A stretch of 64,000 bases of DNA. It comes from Patescibacteria group bacterium (GTDB lineage Bacteria; Patescibacteriota; Minisyncoccia; Moranbacterales; DUUL01). Each line of letters begins with the position of its first letter. Positions within the stretch are counted from its first letter, which is position 1. Shown here piece after piece: positions 39,633-49,948 of the stretch. The notes beneath the pieces were generated by a model. It was not told where the DNA came from. It was given only the letters and a program-made list of their open reading frames with translations, and ran no database searches. Both the position numbers and the translations under genes were made by a program. The stretch lies in assembly GCA_015493225.1 (NCBI GenBank), contig WGDO01000087.1, positions 514 to 64,513 of the forward strand, given 5' to 3'.

Positions 39633-39730
39633 ATTGCCCCCTTTTTAAAGGGGGCGGAAGGCTGGACAAGTTATTTTTTTTACTTTCAGTAGAAAGTTAA
39701 AAAATAGCTTGTTCAGGCTTCGGGGGTTTT
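39633..39730. repeat. modular palindromic element
   Basis: Reverse complement closely matches 11902-12003. Confidence 0.9.
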
Positions 39731-39761
39731 AAAAATCAATAGTTTTGTGTATGCCCCAAAA

Positions 39762-40358
39762 CTACCTTTCCCAATCCGTCAAAACCAAGCCCGCTTTAAC
39801 ATTTCTTTCGCCTCCATTTAAAACATCACTTTTCCAACCTACTTCACAATCCACTTTTAAACTGTCCTTGTCAGAGTTATTATCGGTATCAATCATGATA
39901 GTATTACACCTCCTTGTATATTCCGGCCCGACACAATCACTCCCAGTACAATTTGTTTCATACCTATTCGCGGTTTTGTTATATCTAATTGTTGTATTAG
40001 AAGCATTACAAGAAAAGCTATATCCTGAATCCCAACTCAACATTGGATTGCAATCAATTAAGCTATCAATGTCATTAAATGTAGTTAAATTATCCACCTC
40101 AGAATAATCCGGATTATTCGAATCACTTGGTTTCCACACCGCCCAATCCATCTCATTTTTTTCTTTTTTATTCTTAATCATCTCAATTCCCTCCTGAACC
40201 AATTCCGAAGCAATAATTTCATGTCTTCCTTCCGCATCATATTTCATCGCCTTAGCAAACAAAGCATAAACACCCACAAAAACCGTCGCCGTAATAAACA
40301 TTGTAATTACCACCTCAATTAAAGTATAACCGTTTGCGCCTGTATTTTTATTGGACAT
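39762..40358 (-). CDS. minor pilin (PilV-like)
   Basis: GYTLIEVVI; ASELVQEGIEMIK. Confidence 0.85.
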   Translation of the reverse strand: MSNKNTGANGYTLIEVVITMFITATVFVGVYALFAKAMKYDAEGRHEIIASELVQEGIEMIKNKKEKNEMDWAVWKPSDSNNPDYSEVDNLTTFNDIDSLIDCNPMLSWDSGYSFSCNASNTTIRYNKTANRYETNCTGSDCVGPEYTRRCNTIMIDTDNNSDKDSLKVDCEVGWKSDVLNGGERNVKAGLVLTDWER

Positions 40359-40935
40359 TAATTTTACCCTGCTTATTAAGTATTAGACTTTTAGAATAAC
40401 CGTCTCTTGGATTTCCATTTTCATCAGTCTGATTAATAGTAATTACCACTCCACCTCCAATCACTTCCCCATAAGGAGCTCTAAAAAATATCTTTACATC
40501 ATCAGTTCCCTCTTTTTTTACGCTAAATCCATCAAAATGTCTTGTTTCATACTCCTCACATGTCGTAGTACTGCCACAAACATCAGTCAACACTTTTAAG
40601 TTTCTGCAAGTTTCAACTTTTCCATCTGTTGGAGTAACCGTGTCAATTTCCAAATTATCATAACCAATACTATTGTCATTTCTCACCACAAATCCACAAA
40701 TATGAAGAATATCTCCCGCTCCATTGGTTTTAATCGGTGGAGCTAAAGCCAAAGTCTGGGCAGTTCTAATAGTTCCTTTCACTTCCGCCGTCGCCAAAGT
40801 CAAATTTTTATTAATATCTGAAAAACGCACCAATTTTAAAGTAGCCATACTCACTATCCCAATCATTCCCATCACCACCACCATCTCAATTAGAGTAAAA
40901 CCGGCTTTTTTTAATTTTTGCTTTTCTATAATCAT
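40348..40935 (-). CDS. minor pilin (FimT/GspH-like)
   Basis: GFTLIEMVV; IRTAQTLAL. Confidence 0.85.
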   Translation of the reverse strand: MIIEKQKLKKAGFTLIEMVVVMGMIGIVSMATLKLVRFSDINKNLTLATAEVKGTIRTAQTLALAPPIKTNGAGDILHICGFVVRNDNSIGYDNLEIDTVTPTDGKVETCRNLKVLTDVCGSTTTCEEYETRHFDGFSVKKEGTDDVKIFFRAPYGEVIGGGVVITINQTDENGNPRDGYSKSLILNKQGKINVQ

Positions 40936-40945
40936 CCTTTGTGTA

Positions 40946-41080
40946 AATTTTAAATTTTAAGTTTTAAGTTTTAAATGAGTTTTAAATGACTAATTTTTAA
41001 TACCAAATACACAACCATAAATCTTACTAAAAATTCAAAATTAATCATTCATTTAGAATTTAAAATTTAAAACTTAAAAC
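40946..41080. repeat. AT-rich 7-nt-periodic inverted repeat element
   Basis: TTTTAAA/TTTTAAG units ... TTTAAAA/CTTAAAA units; homolog at 37138. Confidence 0.75.
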
Positions 41081-41086
41081 TTTCTA

Positions 41087-41908
41087 CTATCTCATCAACC
41101 ACACCCACCCGCTCCAAACTACCTCTCCCCACAACATCAAAATAAAACCAGCCAAAATTAAAAACGGACCAAAAGGAATTTTTGTTTTAGCAGTTACCTT
41201 CTTAGTAAGCAATAAATAAACTGCCGGAACTGCTCCTAAAATATACGCTAACATCAAAAATAAATAACTCATCTTCCAGCCCACTAAAAATCCCAATAAA
41301 AATCCCAGCTTTACATCTCCGCCACCAATCCACCGTCCCCGCGATACCATAAATAAAACATAAAAAAATCCTCCCACAGCTAAACCTCCCAAAAAATTCC
41401 TAGTCAAATCCGTATTTACCGACATTAAAAAATCCGGAGAAATCAAATACCGGTATCCAAAATAAATGACCGCCAAGACTAGCCCTCCTACCACCAGCCC
41501 ATCGGGAATAATCATATAACGCAAATCCCAAATTAAAATTACCAATAACACAAAACTAATTGCCAGGTAAAAAATCGTATCAATCAACTCCCTTTGATCC
41601 AACCAGCCAAAAATAAATCCCTTTTGCCAAGCCACTAAAACAAATACTATTCCAAACAGCAATTCCGTCGCCGGATATCGCCAGGAAATCTTCTTTCCAC
41701 AATTCCGACACTCTCCTCTTAAAAAAACATAACTCAACAAAGGAATATTATCATACCAAGCAATTTTTTTTCCGCAACTATCACATTTAGACCTCCCGTT
41801 CAAACTTTTCTTATTTTGTCCCCTCTCCATCACCACCTGCCCAAAACTACCAAAAATTAAACCTAAAATAAATACTGCTATAATTTTAAATAAAATTAAT
41901 CCTATCAT
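41087..41908 (-). CDS. pilD: prepilin peptidase
   Basis: GSF, RSKCDSC, NIPLLSY..LRGECRNC, GGGDVK, PFGPF. Confidence 0.96.
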   Translation of the reverse strand: MIGLILFKIIAVFILGLIFGSFGQVVMERGQNKKSLNGRSKCDSCGKKIAWYDNIPLLSYVFLRGECRNCGKKISWRYPATELLFGIVFVLVAWQKGFIFGWLDQRELIDTIFYLAISFVLLVILIWDLRYMIIPDGLVVGGLVLAVIYFGYRYLISPDFLMSVNTDLTRNFLGGLAVGGFFYVLFMVSRGRWIGGGDVKLGFLLGFLVGWKMSYLFLMLAYILGAVPAVYLLLTKKVTAKTKIPFGPFLILAGFILMLWGEVVWSGWVWLMR

Positions 41909-41919
41909 AACAACAATTT

Positions 41920-42372
41920 TTATTTAATGATAGTATTAACACCACAGCCACCACTTACCTTACCACATTTTCCACTTGTAGAATTGCAACAAACAGTTTC
42001 CATGGTATGATCTGATGGTATTGCCGAATAATACCAAGTGGAAGTAGAGAAATTTATTCCGGTAGGATAACTAAAACCATCACCATCAATTTTTGGCCAC
42101 TTTCCGTAATTCCCATTAATGCTACAAATATCATTCCCTCCAGTAGCGCCAGGTGCATTTACCGTCCCATCATCCGATTTACACAAATAAATATTCTCCA
42201 TTATTCCAGACATTTCCGTCAAAACCTTATTCACAGTCGCCCTCTTTTTTTGCACACTCAAGGAAATCATAATTGCACTAGCTAAAATACCGATAATAGC
42301 CATTACTGTCATCAACTCAATTAAAGTAAATCCCTGATTTGTCTTAAATATACTTTTATTATTTTTTTTCAT
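41920..42372 (-). CDS. type IV pilin
   Basis: GFTLIELMTVMAIIGILA. Confidence 0.9.
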   Translation of the reverse strand: MKKNNKSIFKTNQGFTLIELMTVMAIIGILASAIMISLSVQKKRATVNKVLTEMSGIMENIYLCKSDDGTVNAPGATGGNDICSINGNYGKWPKIDGDGFSYPTGINFSTSTWYYSAIPSDHTMETVCCNSTSGKCGKVSGGCGVNTIIK

Positions 42373-42404
42373 TTTTATATTTTTTTTAAAAATAAATACT
42401 ATGT

Positions 42405-42806
42405 CTATGGGTTACTTTTGACACACCTACTATCTGAAATATTACAGGTGACAGTATCACTCCCACAAACAATAGTAAAAGGTCCTCCATTCTTTAATGT
42501 ATTTGAATTAAAAGATCCATAAGAACATTGTTTCGGTGGAGCTGGCCAAGTACCACTACCAGTACCACAAATTAAACCTCCTCCAGTAGTAGGAGTGGGG
42601 ACACCAAATGTTCCATTTTTCAAATAACAATCCGCCGCCTCTGCTAAAATATTATTACCTAATTTCAAAGCCGCCGTAACCCTAGCCCGTTGTCGACTAG
42701 CTTTCATTCCAATAGTTATCGTTCCTGCCAAAATACCAATAATCGCCATAACTAAAAGAAGCTCAATAAGCGTAAACCCACTTGTATTATTTTTTATAAA
42801 TTTCAT
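42405..42806 (-). CDS. type IV pilin
   Basis: GFTLIELLLVMAIIGILA. Confidence 0.9.
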   Translation of the reverse strand: MKFIKNNTSGFTLIELLLVMAIIGILAGTITIGMKASRQRARVTAALKLGNNILAEAADCYLKNGTFGVPTPTTGGGLICGTGSGTWPAPPKQCSYGSFNSNTLKNGGPFTIVCGSDTVTCNISDSRCVKSNP

Positions 42807-42909
42807 TTTATTATAATAATATTTATATTAATTAAAAAGTATTATTTGAGTTTTTAGAATCTAACCATTATATTATTTCGAATTCTAAAAACCCATAAAT
42901 ACCTTGTAA

Positions 42910-43458
42910 TTATCCACCAGAACCTGAACCTGAACCAGAACCTGAACCTGAACCAGAACCTGAACCTGAACCTGAACTACTAGCTTTAACCTGTGGACAA
43001 CCATCATTACTAGTACCATTAGTTTGGTTGTTATCAAATTTACAACCATTGATATCACAATAAGCATGACATATAACAGCAGTTCCACTAACTGGACAAT
43101 CATATTTTATAACAAAATCATCCGCCGTAGACTCATCAACATCAAGTGCTTCTGACAAAACCCCACCACCACCACAACTTTTAATAGGTGGTACATTGCC
43201 TATACCATAATCACCACCGCCACTAGCCTGGCAAAGCGGACCCCCCGGAGCACTCTCCAAAATAGTACCACCATTATCAACACAATCTGTTGCTGCCGCT
43301 GTTATGTCTGACATCGTTTTTTTAAAAGCAGTTACTCTAGCCTTTTTACGAGCTGGACCAATCATAATAAAAACTATCCCAGCTAAAATTCCAATAATTG
43401 CCATAACCAAAAGGAGCTCAACTAATGTAAACCCCCTTTTATTTTTTATCAATTTCAT
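42910..43458 (-). CDS. type IV pilin, probable major pilin, with Gly-Ser tail
   Basis: GFTLVELLLVMAIIGILA; strong GGAGGT RBS; first in the pilin run. Confidence 0.9.
   Translation of the reverse strand: MKLIKNKRGFTLVELLLVMAIIGILAGIVFIMIGPARKKARVTAFKKTMSDITAAATDCVDNGGTILESAPGGPLCQASGGGDYGIGNVPPIKSCGGGGVLSEALDVDESTADDFVIKYDCPVSGTAVICHAYCDINGCKFDNNQTNGTSNDGCPQVKASSSGSGSGSGSGSGSGSGSGSGG
42914..42975 (-). repeat. coding hexamer repeat (GGTTCA/GGTTCT)n encoding the GS tail
   Basis: About 10 units visible. Confidence 0.9.
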
Positions 43459-43617
43459 ATTTTTTCCACCTCCATTCTATTTTTGTTTTTAATTTTTATA
43501 TTCTTCTTTAATCTAATTATACCACACTTCCTATTTAAAACCAGCTCAATCCCCTACTAACCTATTTATCTCCCGATTAGGGATAACAAATGTACAAAGG
43601 CAAAAATTAATGAGTAA

Positions 43618-43885
43618 TTTGCAAATCTCAAGATACAAGTTACAAGATACAAACAATTTTCAATAACCAAATCCCAAACTTTTCAAACATTGGTTATTGG
43701 GATTTGTGATTTGTTTGTTTCTTGGTGTTTGTATCTTGGAAATTTATAAATTTGAATCCACCTCTAACCCCTCCTTTATCCCACTACGCCATCCCACTTC
43801 GCTAAAGCTACGAGGGACAAGAGGCTATGCGGGACAAGCGCCGGAGGGGAACTACTACCTACTACCTACTACCTACTACTTAATA
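43618..43885. repeat. heptad inverted repeat, doubly nested scaffold palindrome and CTACTAC array
   Basis: Three repeat families abut at the 3' end of pilC. Confidence 0.9.
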
Positions 43886-45084
43886 CTCATCGCCACCTGA
43901 TAAATCGGCAACAAAATTGCTGAAACCAATATACCAACACCTATTGCCAAAACAACCATCAAAACTGGTTCAATAAGAGTAGAAAAATTCTTTACCATTC
44001 GATCCGATTCTTTCATATAAAATTCTGTCACCTTCCCCAAGGAAAAAGACATCCGTCCTGTGTGTTCACCCACTTCCACCATTTGAGTCATCACCGGCGG
44101 AATTTCCTCATAGCGATTTAAAACTTCTGATAAATTACCACCCTTTTTAATTTCCTCTGCAGCCGTCTTCACTATATATTTATAAACATTATTACCAATA
44201 ACATCCGCCGTAATAGATAAAGCCACTGTAATTGGTAAACCACTCTGCAATAAAGTACCTAAATTTTCTGAAAATCTAGCAATATAAACATTATGTAAAA
44301 TTTTACCAACAACTGGCAGTTTTAAAACCAACTGATCAAATTGATTTTTCCCATCTTCCGTTTTTAAATAATAAACAATACCAAAAATGCCCGCTCCTAC
44401 TCCAACAATAACCGCCCACCAATAATTTACCATAAAATTACTAGTCCAAATTAAAATTTTAGTTTGCAAGGGCAAATCCTCTCCAGCCTCTGTTAAGATG
44501 TCTAAAAGCTTAGGAATAACCGTTACCATCATTAAAGAACCAACTGCTATCATTGCCGTAATAATAAAAGCAGGATAATACATTGCTCCCTTTAAACTGG
44601 AAGATAATTCATAATTTCTCTCCATACTATCAGCCAATTTATTCAAAGATTCCTGCAAAGTTCCAGACGCTTCACCAGCTTTAACCATGCTAACATAAAA
44701 ATGGGAAAAAGTATCAGGATGTTTTGACATCGCTTCTGATAATGATGAACCACCATCAATATCAAACATTATAGATTTTAATTTCAAAGCAAAAAATTTA
44801 TTATCGATCTGATTAGAGATTGATTCCAAGGCAGCCAATAAAGGAACTTTTGAGTCTATTAGAGTAGCCAATTGTCGAGAAAAAATTACAAATTCTCTAG
44901 CACCAACACCTTCCCAAAGTTTAGAAACCATCATCGTCAAACTATTGGGTCTTAACTCTTTTAATTGAATATCAGAAATTCCTGAACCCAACAACAATCT
45001 TTCCGCTGCTCGCTGAGAAATAGTTTCCACTATCCCCTTTTGAACTTTACCTTCTCGATTAACGCCTTGATATTTAAAACGCAT
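43876..45084 (-). CDS. pilC: type IV pilus platform protein
   Basis: FSRQLATL, AGEASG.L, AMYYP, QMVEVGE.TG, LIEP. Confidence 0.95.
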   Translation of the reverse strand: MRFKYQGVNREGKVQKGIVETISQRAAERLLLGSGISDIQLKELRPNSLTMMVSKLWEGVGAREFVIFSRQLATLIDSKVPLLAALESISNQIDNKFFALKLKSIMFDIDGGSSLSEAMSKHPDTFSHFYVSMVKAGEASGTLQESLNKLADSMERNYELSSSLKGAMYYPAFIITAMIAVGSLMMVTVIPKLLDILTEAGEDLPLQTKILIWTSNFMVNYWWAVIVGVGAGIFGIVYYLKTEDGKNQFDQLVLKLPVVGKILHNVYIARFSENLGTLLQSGLPITVALSITADVIGNNVYKYIVKTAAEEIKKGGNLSEVLNRYEEIPPVMTQMVEVGEHTGRMSFSLGKVTEFYMKESDRMVKNFSTLIEPVLMVVLAIGVGILVSAILLPIYQVAMSIK

Positions 45085-45121
45085 TTTTTTATATTATTTT
45101 TTTATATTAGTTAAGTGTTTT

Positions 45122-45323
45122 AAATCCCCCTTCAATCCCCCCTTTACAAAATGGGGAAACTGTAAACACACCCCTTCTCAAAAAGAAGAAACTAAAAATG
45201 GATTTCCTTAGTTCCCCTCCGGCACTTGTCCCGCGTAGCCTTGGCGCAGTGGGATAAAGGAGGGGTTAGGGGTGGATTTCCTTAGTTCCCCTCCTTTGTA
45301 AAGAAGGGGTTAGGGGTGGATTT
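45122..45323. repeat. cluster of scaffold palindromes, one with nested hairpin
   Basis: AAATCCCCCTTCAATCCCCCTTTACAAAATGGGG; reverse copies at about 45212-45278 and 45286-45323. Confidence 0.88.
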
Positions 45324-45341
45324 TAAAAAATAAATAATCCC

Positions 45342-46427
45342 CTACAACTGCTCAGACTCCAAAGACATTCTAAATGCATTAACATCCGTCGCATAGGTCT
45401 CTGCATCTTTTACATCAACTAGCCCCTGCTTAACCAATCTAGCCAATGACCTATTTATACTAATCATTCCCTCGTCCAAGGAAGTATCAATAACATTCCC
45501 AATTTGATGAGCCTGATTTTGTCTAATTAAATTTTCCACAGCAATATTCTTAATTAAAATCTCCACCGCCGGCACCCTACCGCCACCAATTTTTTTCAAC
45601 AATCTTTGAGAAACAATCCCCAACAAAACACTAGCAAGTTGAGCTCTAATTTGATTCTGTTGATGAGCCGGAAAAATATCCACAATTCTATCAATAGTTT
45701 GAATGGAATCATTAGTATGTAAAGTTGCTAAAATTAAATGCCCAGTTTCTGCCGCTGTAACTGCTGTTGAAATAGTATCCAAATCACGCATCTCCCCCAA
45801 CAAAATCACATCCACATCTTCTCTAAAGGCAGATTTCAATGCTCCGTGAAAACTAACCGCATCATCAAATATTTCCCTCTGATTCACTAAAGATTGTTTA
45901 GATTTATGTAAATATTCAATAGGATCTTCAATCGTTACAATATGATATCTTTTATTAGTATTCAAATAATCAACCAACGCCGCCAAAGTAGTACTCTTTC
46001 CATGCCCAGTCGGACCAGTAACCAATAATAATCCTTGAGTTTTTTCCATGAACTGGTAAAGATAATCTGGCATACCCAATTCCTGTAAAGGTCTAATTTT
46101 TTTAGGAATATATCGTAATGCCAAACTAATATTTTCCTTTTGATAATACATATTGGCTCGAAACCTATCTCCAGACTCAACAGTCAAAGAAAAGTCAACT
46201 GACCTTTCCTCTTTAAATTTTTTAATTTGCATCTCATTTAAAATCACCCCAGATAATGTTTCCATATCATCCTTTGTAACCATCATTTCTTTATCCAAAC
46301 GATATAAATCACCGTCTAATCTAATAATTGGATAATCTCCAACCGATAGATGTAAATCAGACGCTCCCTGTTGAATAACATAAGTTAAATATTTCTTTAA
46401 TTTTTCCTCTAATTGGCTTTCTCTCAT
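45342..46427 (-). CDS. pilT: type IV pilus retraction ATPase
   Basis: ASDLHL, GPTGHGKSTT, TIEDPIE, GEMRD, AAETGHL, TLHT. Confidence 0.95.
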   Translation of the reverse strand: MRESQLEEKLKKYLTYVIQQGASDLHLSVGDYPIIRLDGDLYRLDKEMMVTKDDMETLSGVILNEMQIKKFKEERSVDFSLTVESGDRFRANMYYQKENISLALRYIPKKIRPLQELGMPDYLYQFMEKTQGLLLVTGPTGHGKSTTLAALVDYLNTNKRYHIVTIEDPIEYLHKSKQSLVNQREIFDDAVSFHGALKSAFREDVDVILLGEMRDLDTISTAVTAAETGHLILATLHTNDSIQTIDRIVDIFPAHQQNQIRAQLASVLLGIVSQRLLKKIGGGRVPAVEILIKNIAVENLIRQNQAHQIGNVIDTSLDEGMISINRSLARLVKQGLVDVKDAETYATDVNAFRMSLESEQL

Positions 46428-46446
46428 TTTTAAATAAAAAAATTAA

Positions 46447-48393
46447 TTAATTTGGATTATAATCTCTCTTGATAGGTTCATTACTATCTCCAGAACTATT
46501 ATCAGCACCATTTTTATCAATTTCACCATTAATATTTTGACCACCACCAATGCTATTTACAGAAGTATTTTCAGTTTGTTTTATTTTTTTAACAGGTTTA
46601 GTAGCCACTATTTCTTCCTCATCTCCATCCTCAGAAGTAACTCTTTGGATCTCTTCCAAAGTTGTTAATCCTTGTAAAGCTTTCATTAATCCATCTTCCT
46701 TCATAGTAATAAAACCATCTTTCCGAGCCTCATCTTCAAGCGCTTTACCTAAAACTTCTTTATCTATTAATTTACTAAAGGTATTAGTGACTTCTATTGT
46801 TTCAAAAATTCCGATTCTACCTTTCATACCAGTCCCTTGACATCTAGAACAACCTCTACCGTGATAAAAAGTCAAGTTACTATTTGGATCATTTAAATCT
46901 ATTTCAATTCCTCTTTCAGCCAATCTTTCTTTACTTACCTCCCTTAAATCTCTTTTAACGGTATCTTGAATTTCTTTTGGAATATCCGTCAAAGGCTCTT
47001 TACATTCCTGACAAATTCTTCTAACCAATCTCTGGGCCATTGCCAATTTCAAAGACGAAGCCAATAAAAACGGTTGTACCTCCATATCAATCAATCGAGG
47101 AATTGCTCCCGCTGCCGAATTAGTATGTAAAGTAGATAATACTAAATGTCCAGTCAAAGAAGCATGAATTGCTAATTCCGCCGTTTCTTCGTCACGAATT
47201 TCTCCAACCATTATAATATCTGGATCCTGTCGCAAGACACTTCGTAAACCATTAGCAAAAGTATACCCGATCTCCGGACGAACTTGACTTTGATTAACTC
47301 CATCCAAAACATATTCAATCGGATCTTCCAAGGTAATAATATTTACTTCTTCCCGATTAACCATCCTTAACATAGAATACAAAGTTGTAGATTTACCACT
47401 TCCCGTTGGCCCAGTTATTAAAATAATTCCATAGGGCTCTTTTATCATCCGTTCAATTACTTCTTTATCACGACCCTGAACTCCCAGTTTATCTAGAGTC
47501 AATAAACCAGACTGTGTATCCAAAATACGCATCACTATTTTTTCTCCATAGGCAGTTGGGAATGAAGAAACTCGAAAATCAATGGTTTTACCTAAATCAT
47601 TTATTCTAAAGCGACCATCCTGTGGCTTTCTTTTTTCGTCTATTTTTAAATTTGATAAAATTTTAATACGCGATACTAAAGCCGGTCCAACTTTTTTAGG
47701 CAAGGTTATTACTGTTTTTAAATCACCATCAATCCGATAACGAACCCTGATATTGTCTGCCATTGCTTCAATATGAATATCACTGGCCCCAGCATCAATA
47801 GCATTCTCCACAATCGACTCCGCCATTTTAGCAATGGGAGCATCTTTTAAAATATGTGCACTTTCTTTTCTTTCTCTTAACTTAAGTCCACTTGTATTTT
47901 CGTCTTCTTCCTCTTCTTTCTTTTTATAAACATCCAACGCATTACCGATCTCTAAAGATAATTTTTTTGTTTTTTTAATCAACAACTCAAAATCATCAAG
48001 ACCAATTGGATAAATTTCTAATCTTTTTTTGTTTTTACGAGCAAAAAATCGTAAAGCATTTTGAGTATTCAAATCAGTTTCATCAACGACAGCTACTTTA
48101 ATCACTTTATCATCCATTTCAAAAGGAATAAATCTAAATTTATTCAATGAATCCACTGAAACAATATCTAAAATATCTTTATTGATTTCTATCGCTTGCC
48201 AGTCTATAGTTTGACTTGAACTAGAAACCGCCTGTCGTTGACTATTCTCATCAGATTGAACAGACGCAGACTGCGTCGTATTACTAGTTTTTTCTTGATT
48301 ATCTCCAACCCCATTAATAAAACCATTAGCTACAATTTCATTCGAATCATTGGATTGATTAATGTTTGTATTGTTCTGTTGTCCATCCTCCAT
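46447..48393 (-). CDS. pilB: type IV pilus assembly ATPase
   Basis: ASDIHIE, PQDGR, GPTGSGKST, LRQDPD, CxxC...CxxC. Confidence 0.95.
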   Translation of the reverse strand: MEDGQQNNTNINQSNDSNEIVANGFINGVGDNQEKTSNTTQSASVQSDENSQRQAVSSSSQTIDWQAIEINKDILDIVSVDSLNKFRFIPFEMDDKVIKVAVVDETDLNTQNALRFFARKNKKRLEIYPIGLDDFELLIKKTKKLSLEIGNALDVYKKKEEEEDENTSGLKLRERKESAHILKDAPIAKMAESIVENAIDAGASDIHIEAMADNIRVRYRIDGDLKTVITLPKKVGPALVSRIKILSNLKIDEKRKPQDGRFRINDLGKTIDFRVSSFPTAYGEKIVMRILDTQSGLLTLDKLGVQGRDKEVIERMIKEPYGIILITGPTGSGKSTTLYSMLRMVNREEVNIITLEDPIEYVLDGVNQSQVRPEIGYTFANGLRSVLRQDPDIIMVGEIRDEETAELAIHASLTGHLVLSTLHTNSAAGAIPRLIDMEVQPFLLASSLKLAMAQRLVRRICQECKEPLTDIPKEIQDTVKRDLREVSKERLAERGIEIDLNDPNSNLTFYHGRGCSRCQGTGMKGRIGIFETIEVTNTFSKLIDKEVLGKALEDEARKDGFITMKEDGLMKALQGLTTLEEIQRVTSEDGDEEEIVATKPVKKIKQTENTSVNSIGGGQNINGEIDKNGADNSSGDSNEPIKRDYNPN

Positions 48394-48423
48394 TAGAGTA
48401 AATTTTAATAATAAATACCAAAT

Positions 48424-49257
48424 TTATTGAACGGTCTCTGCAGTTTCAGTAGCTTGTTCAAATAAATTTTCTTTTCCAACACCATCAGCTGTAACTGGAT
48501 AAAATATTTCACTGGTAACCATGTTTTGCAACGCCTGTAAACCTTTTTGATTCAATCCTCCAGTCAATAGACTCTTTAAAATATTATCATTATCAATAGC
48601 TTTTGATAAAACAATTTTATTGTTTTGCTGTTTCTGAAAAACATCAAAACTAATTTTTGCATTCACTAAATCTATTACATCAGCAGTCTGTTTATCTTTG
48701 TCGTTCTGTTTATTATTAACACTAGCTAAAGAAAAACTCTGCGGAACAATAACTCTATTTTGAATATCTAATTTATTCAAGAAATCCTTAACCATTGGGT
48801 ATGTTCCAACCACAGACATATTTACATTAATAGGTACAGCTGTTAATGCACAATTAGTCACATTAGTTTTAATAGATTTATTATTTTTAGCGCTAGAAGC
48901 AACTTTTTTGCATTTACTAGCATTTCTATTTGTAGATTTTTTTGTTCCAATTTTAACTACCATCACACCACTTTGACTAGCATTTTTGTTAATTTCTGCA
49001 ACTAAATTATCATTATTCACAACCTGAGGCATAGCATTGTAAACCATCTTTTTATCATCATCACTAAGTTGCTTAAATTCAACTAAAGCTTTTTTGATAT
49101 TTGCAACTCCCTTTACTAGTGTTTGTTTTTCTGTAATTAGTTTCTGTAATTTTCCTTTATCAGCCTGATATTCAGTCCAAGCTGGTTTTGTTAAACTCAC
49201 AAAAGACCAAACAAAGACAATTAAAGCAAAAGGAAAAAATAAAAGTTTAGGACGCAT
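48424..49257 (-). CDS. PilO-like protein
   Basis: TM plus coiled coil, V.GTY..VKDFL..L...NR; position after PilM/PilN. Confidence 0.7.
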   Translation of the reverse strand: MRPKLLFFPFALIVFVWSFVSLTKPAWTEYQADKGKLQKLITEKQTLVKGVANIKKALVEFKQLSDDDKKMVYNAMPQVVNNDNLVAEINKNASQSGVMVVKIGTKKSTNRNASKCKKVASSAKNNKSIKTNVTNCALTAVPINVNMSVVGTYPMVKDFLNKLDIQNRVIVPQSFSLASVNNKQNDKDKQTADVIDLVNAKISFDVFQKQQNNKIVLSKAIDNDNILKSLLTGGLNQKGLQALQNMVTSEIFYPVTADGVGKENLFEQATETAETVQ

Positions 49258-49300
49258 TATTCTAAATATTAAGTATTATAAAAAAATAAACAATTTATTA

Positions 49301-49870
49301 CTATTTATTTTTATTTGTCTTCTTAATTCCCATTCTTGGCAATGTAAAACTGACATTCATTTCCATAGCATCTTCTTTAATACCACTACTCTTCAGGGAA
49401 ACTTGACCCCGAGAACTAATTGCCTTATAAGCATTAATCTGCTTAGCCACTGTCATTAAATCTGGAGTTAACAAGTTAGTATCAATAGTACTAATTCCAT
49501 TATTAACTGCTACTTTTAAATTTTTCATCGTATCAACCGCTAAAGTAGATTGAGAAAGTTGATTTAAAATATTAACTTGTTTAATTTTATTTTTATCAAC
49601 CCCATCCAACTGTATTAATCTATCCTGAAAATCATAAACATTCTTGAAATCCTTATTGGTATCTAAGCTTTTCTTCAAAGTTTTTATTTCAGATTTAACA
49701 ACTACTATTTTTTTCACCTGAACATTTTTAAAATAAGTAGCCCCCCCATACAAACCACCTGCTAAAATCAATATTAAAATACCAATAATTAAAGAAATTT
49801 GTCCAGAAGCTCCTCCGGATGACGAAGTATCACTGGCAATATTTTTTGCTTTTAAATTAATTTTTCTCAC
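49301..49870 (-). CDS. PilN-like protein
   Basis: INL motif, TM, coiled coil; follows pilM. Confidence 0.7.
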   Translation of the reverse strand: MRKINLKAKNIASDTSSSGGASGQISLIIGILILILAGGLYGGATYFKNVQVKKIVVVKSEIKTLKKSLDTNKDFKNVYDFQDRLIQLDGVDKNKIKQVNILNQLSQSTLAVDTMKNLKVAVNNGISTIDTNLLTPDLMTVAKQINAYKAISSRGQVSLKSSGIKEDAMEMNVSFTLPRMGIKKTNKNK

Positions 49871-49948
49871 TGTTTTTTTATTTTATTTTTTATTTATTTG
49901 TTTTTTGTATTTTTGATAGCTAAATATTTCGTTTACAACTTTCAAAAA

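Noticed and set aside
42885-43103. VQVQVL-repeat ORF
   Set aside because: Alternate frame of the pilin GS-tail repeat
37930-43458. DGR or pilin inversion (shufflon) system
   Set aside because: No reverse transcriptase, template repeat, invertase or inverted silent pilin cassettes were seen in the window
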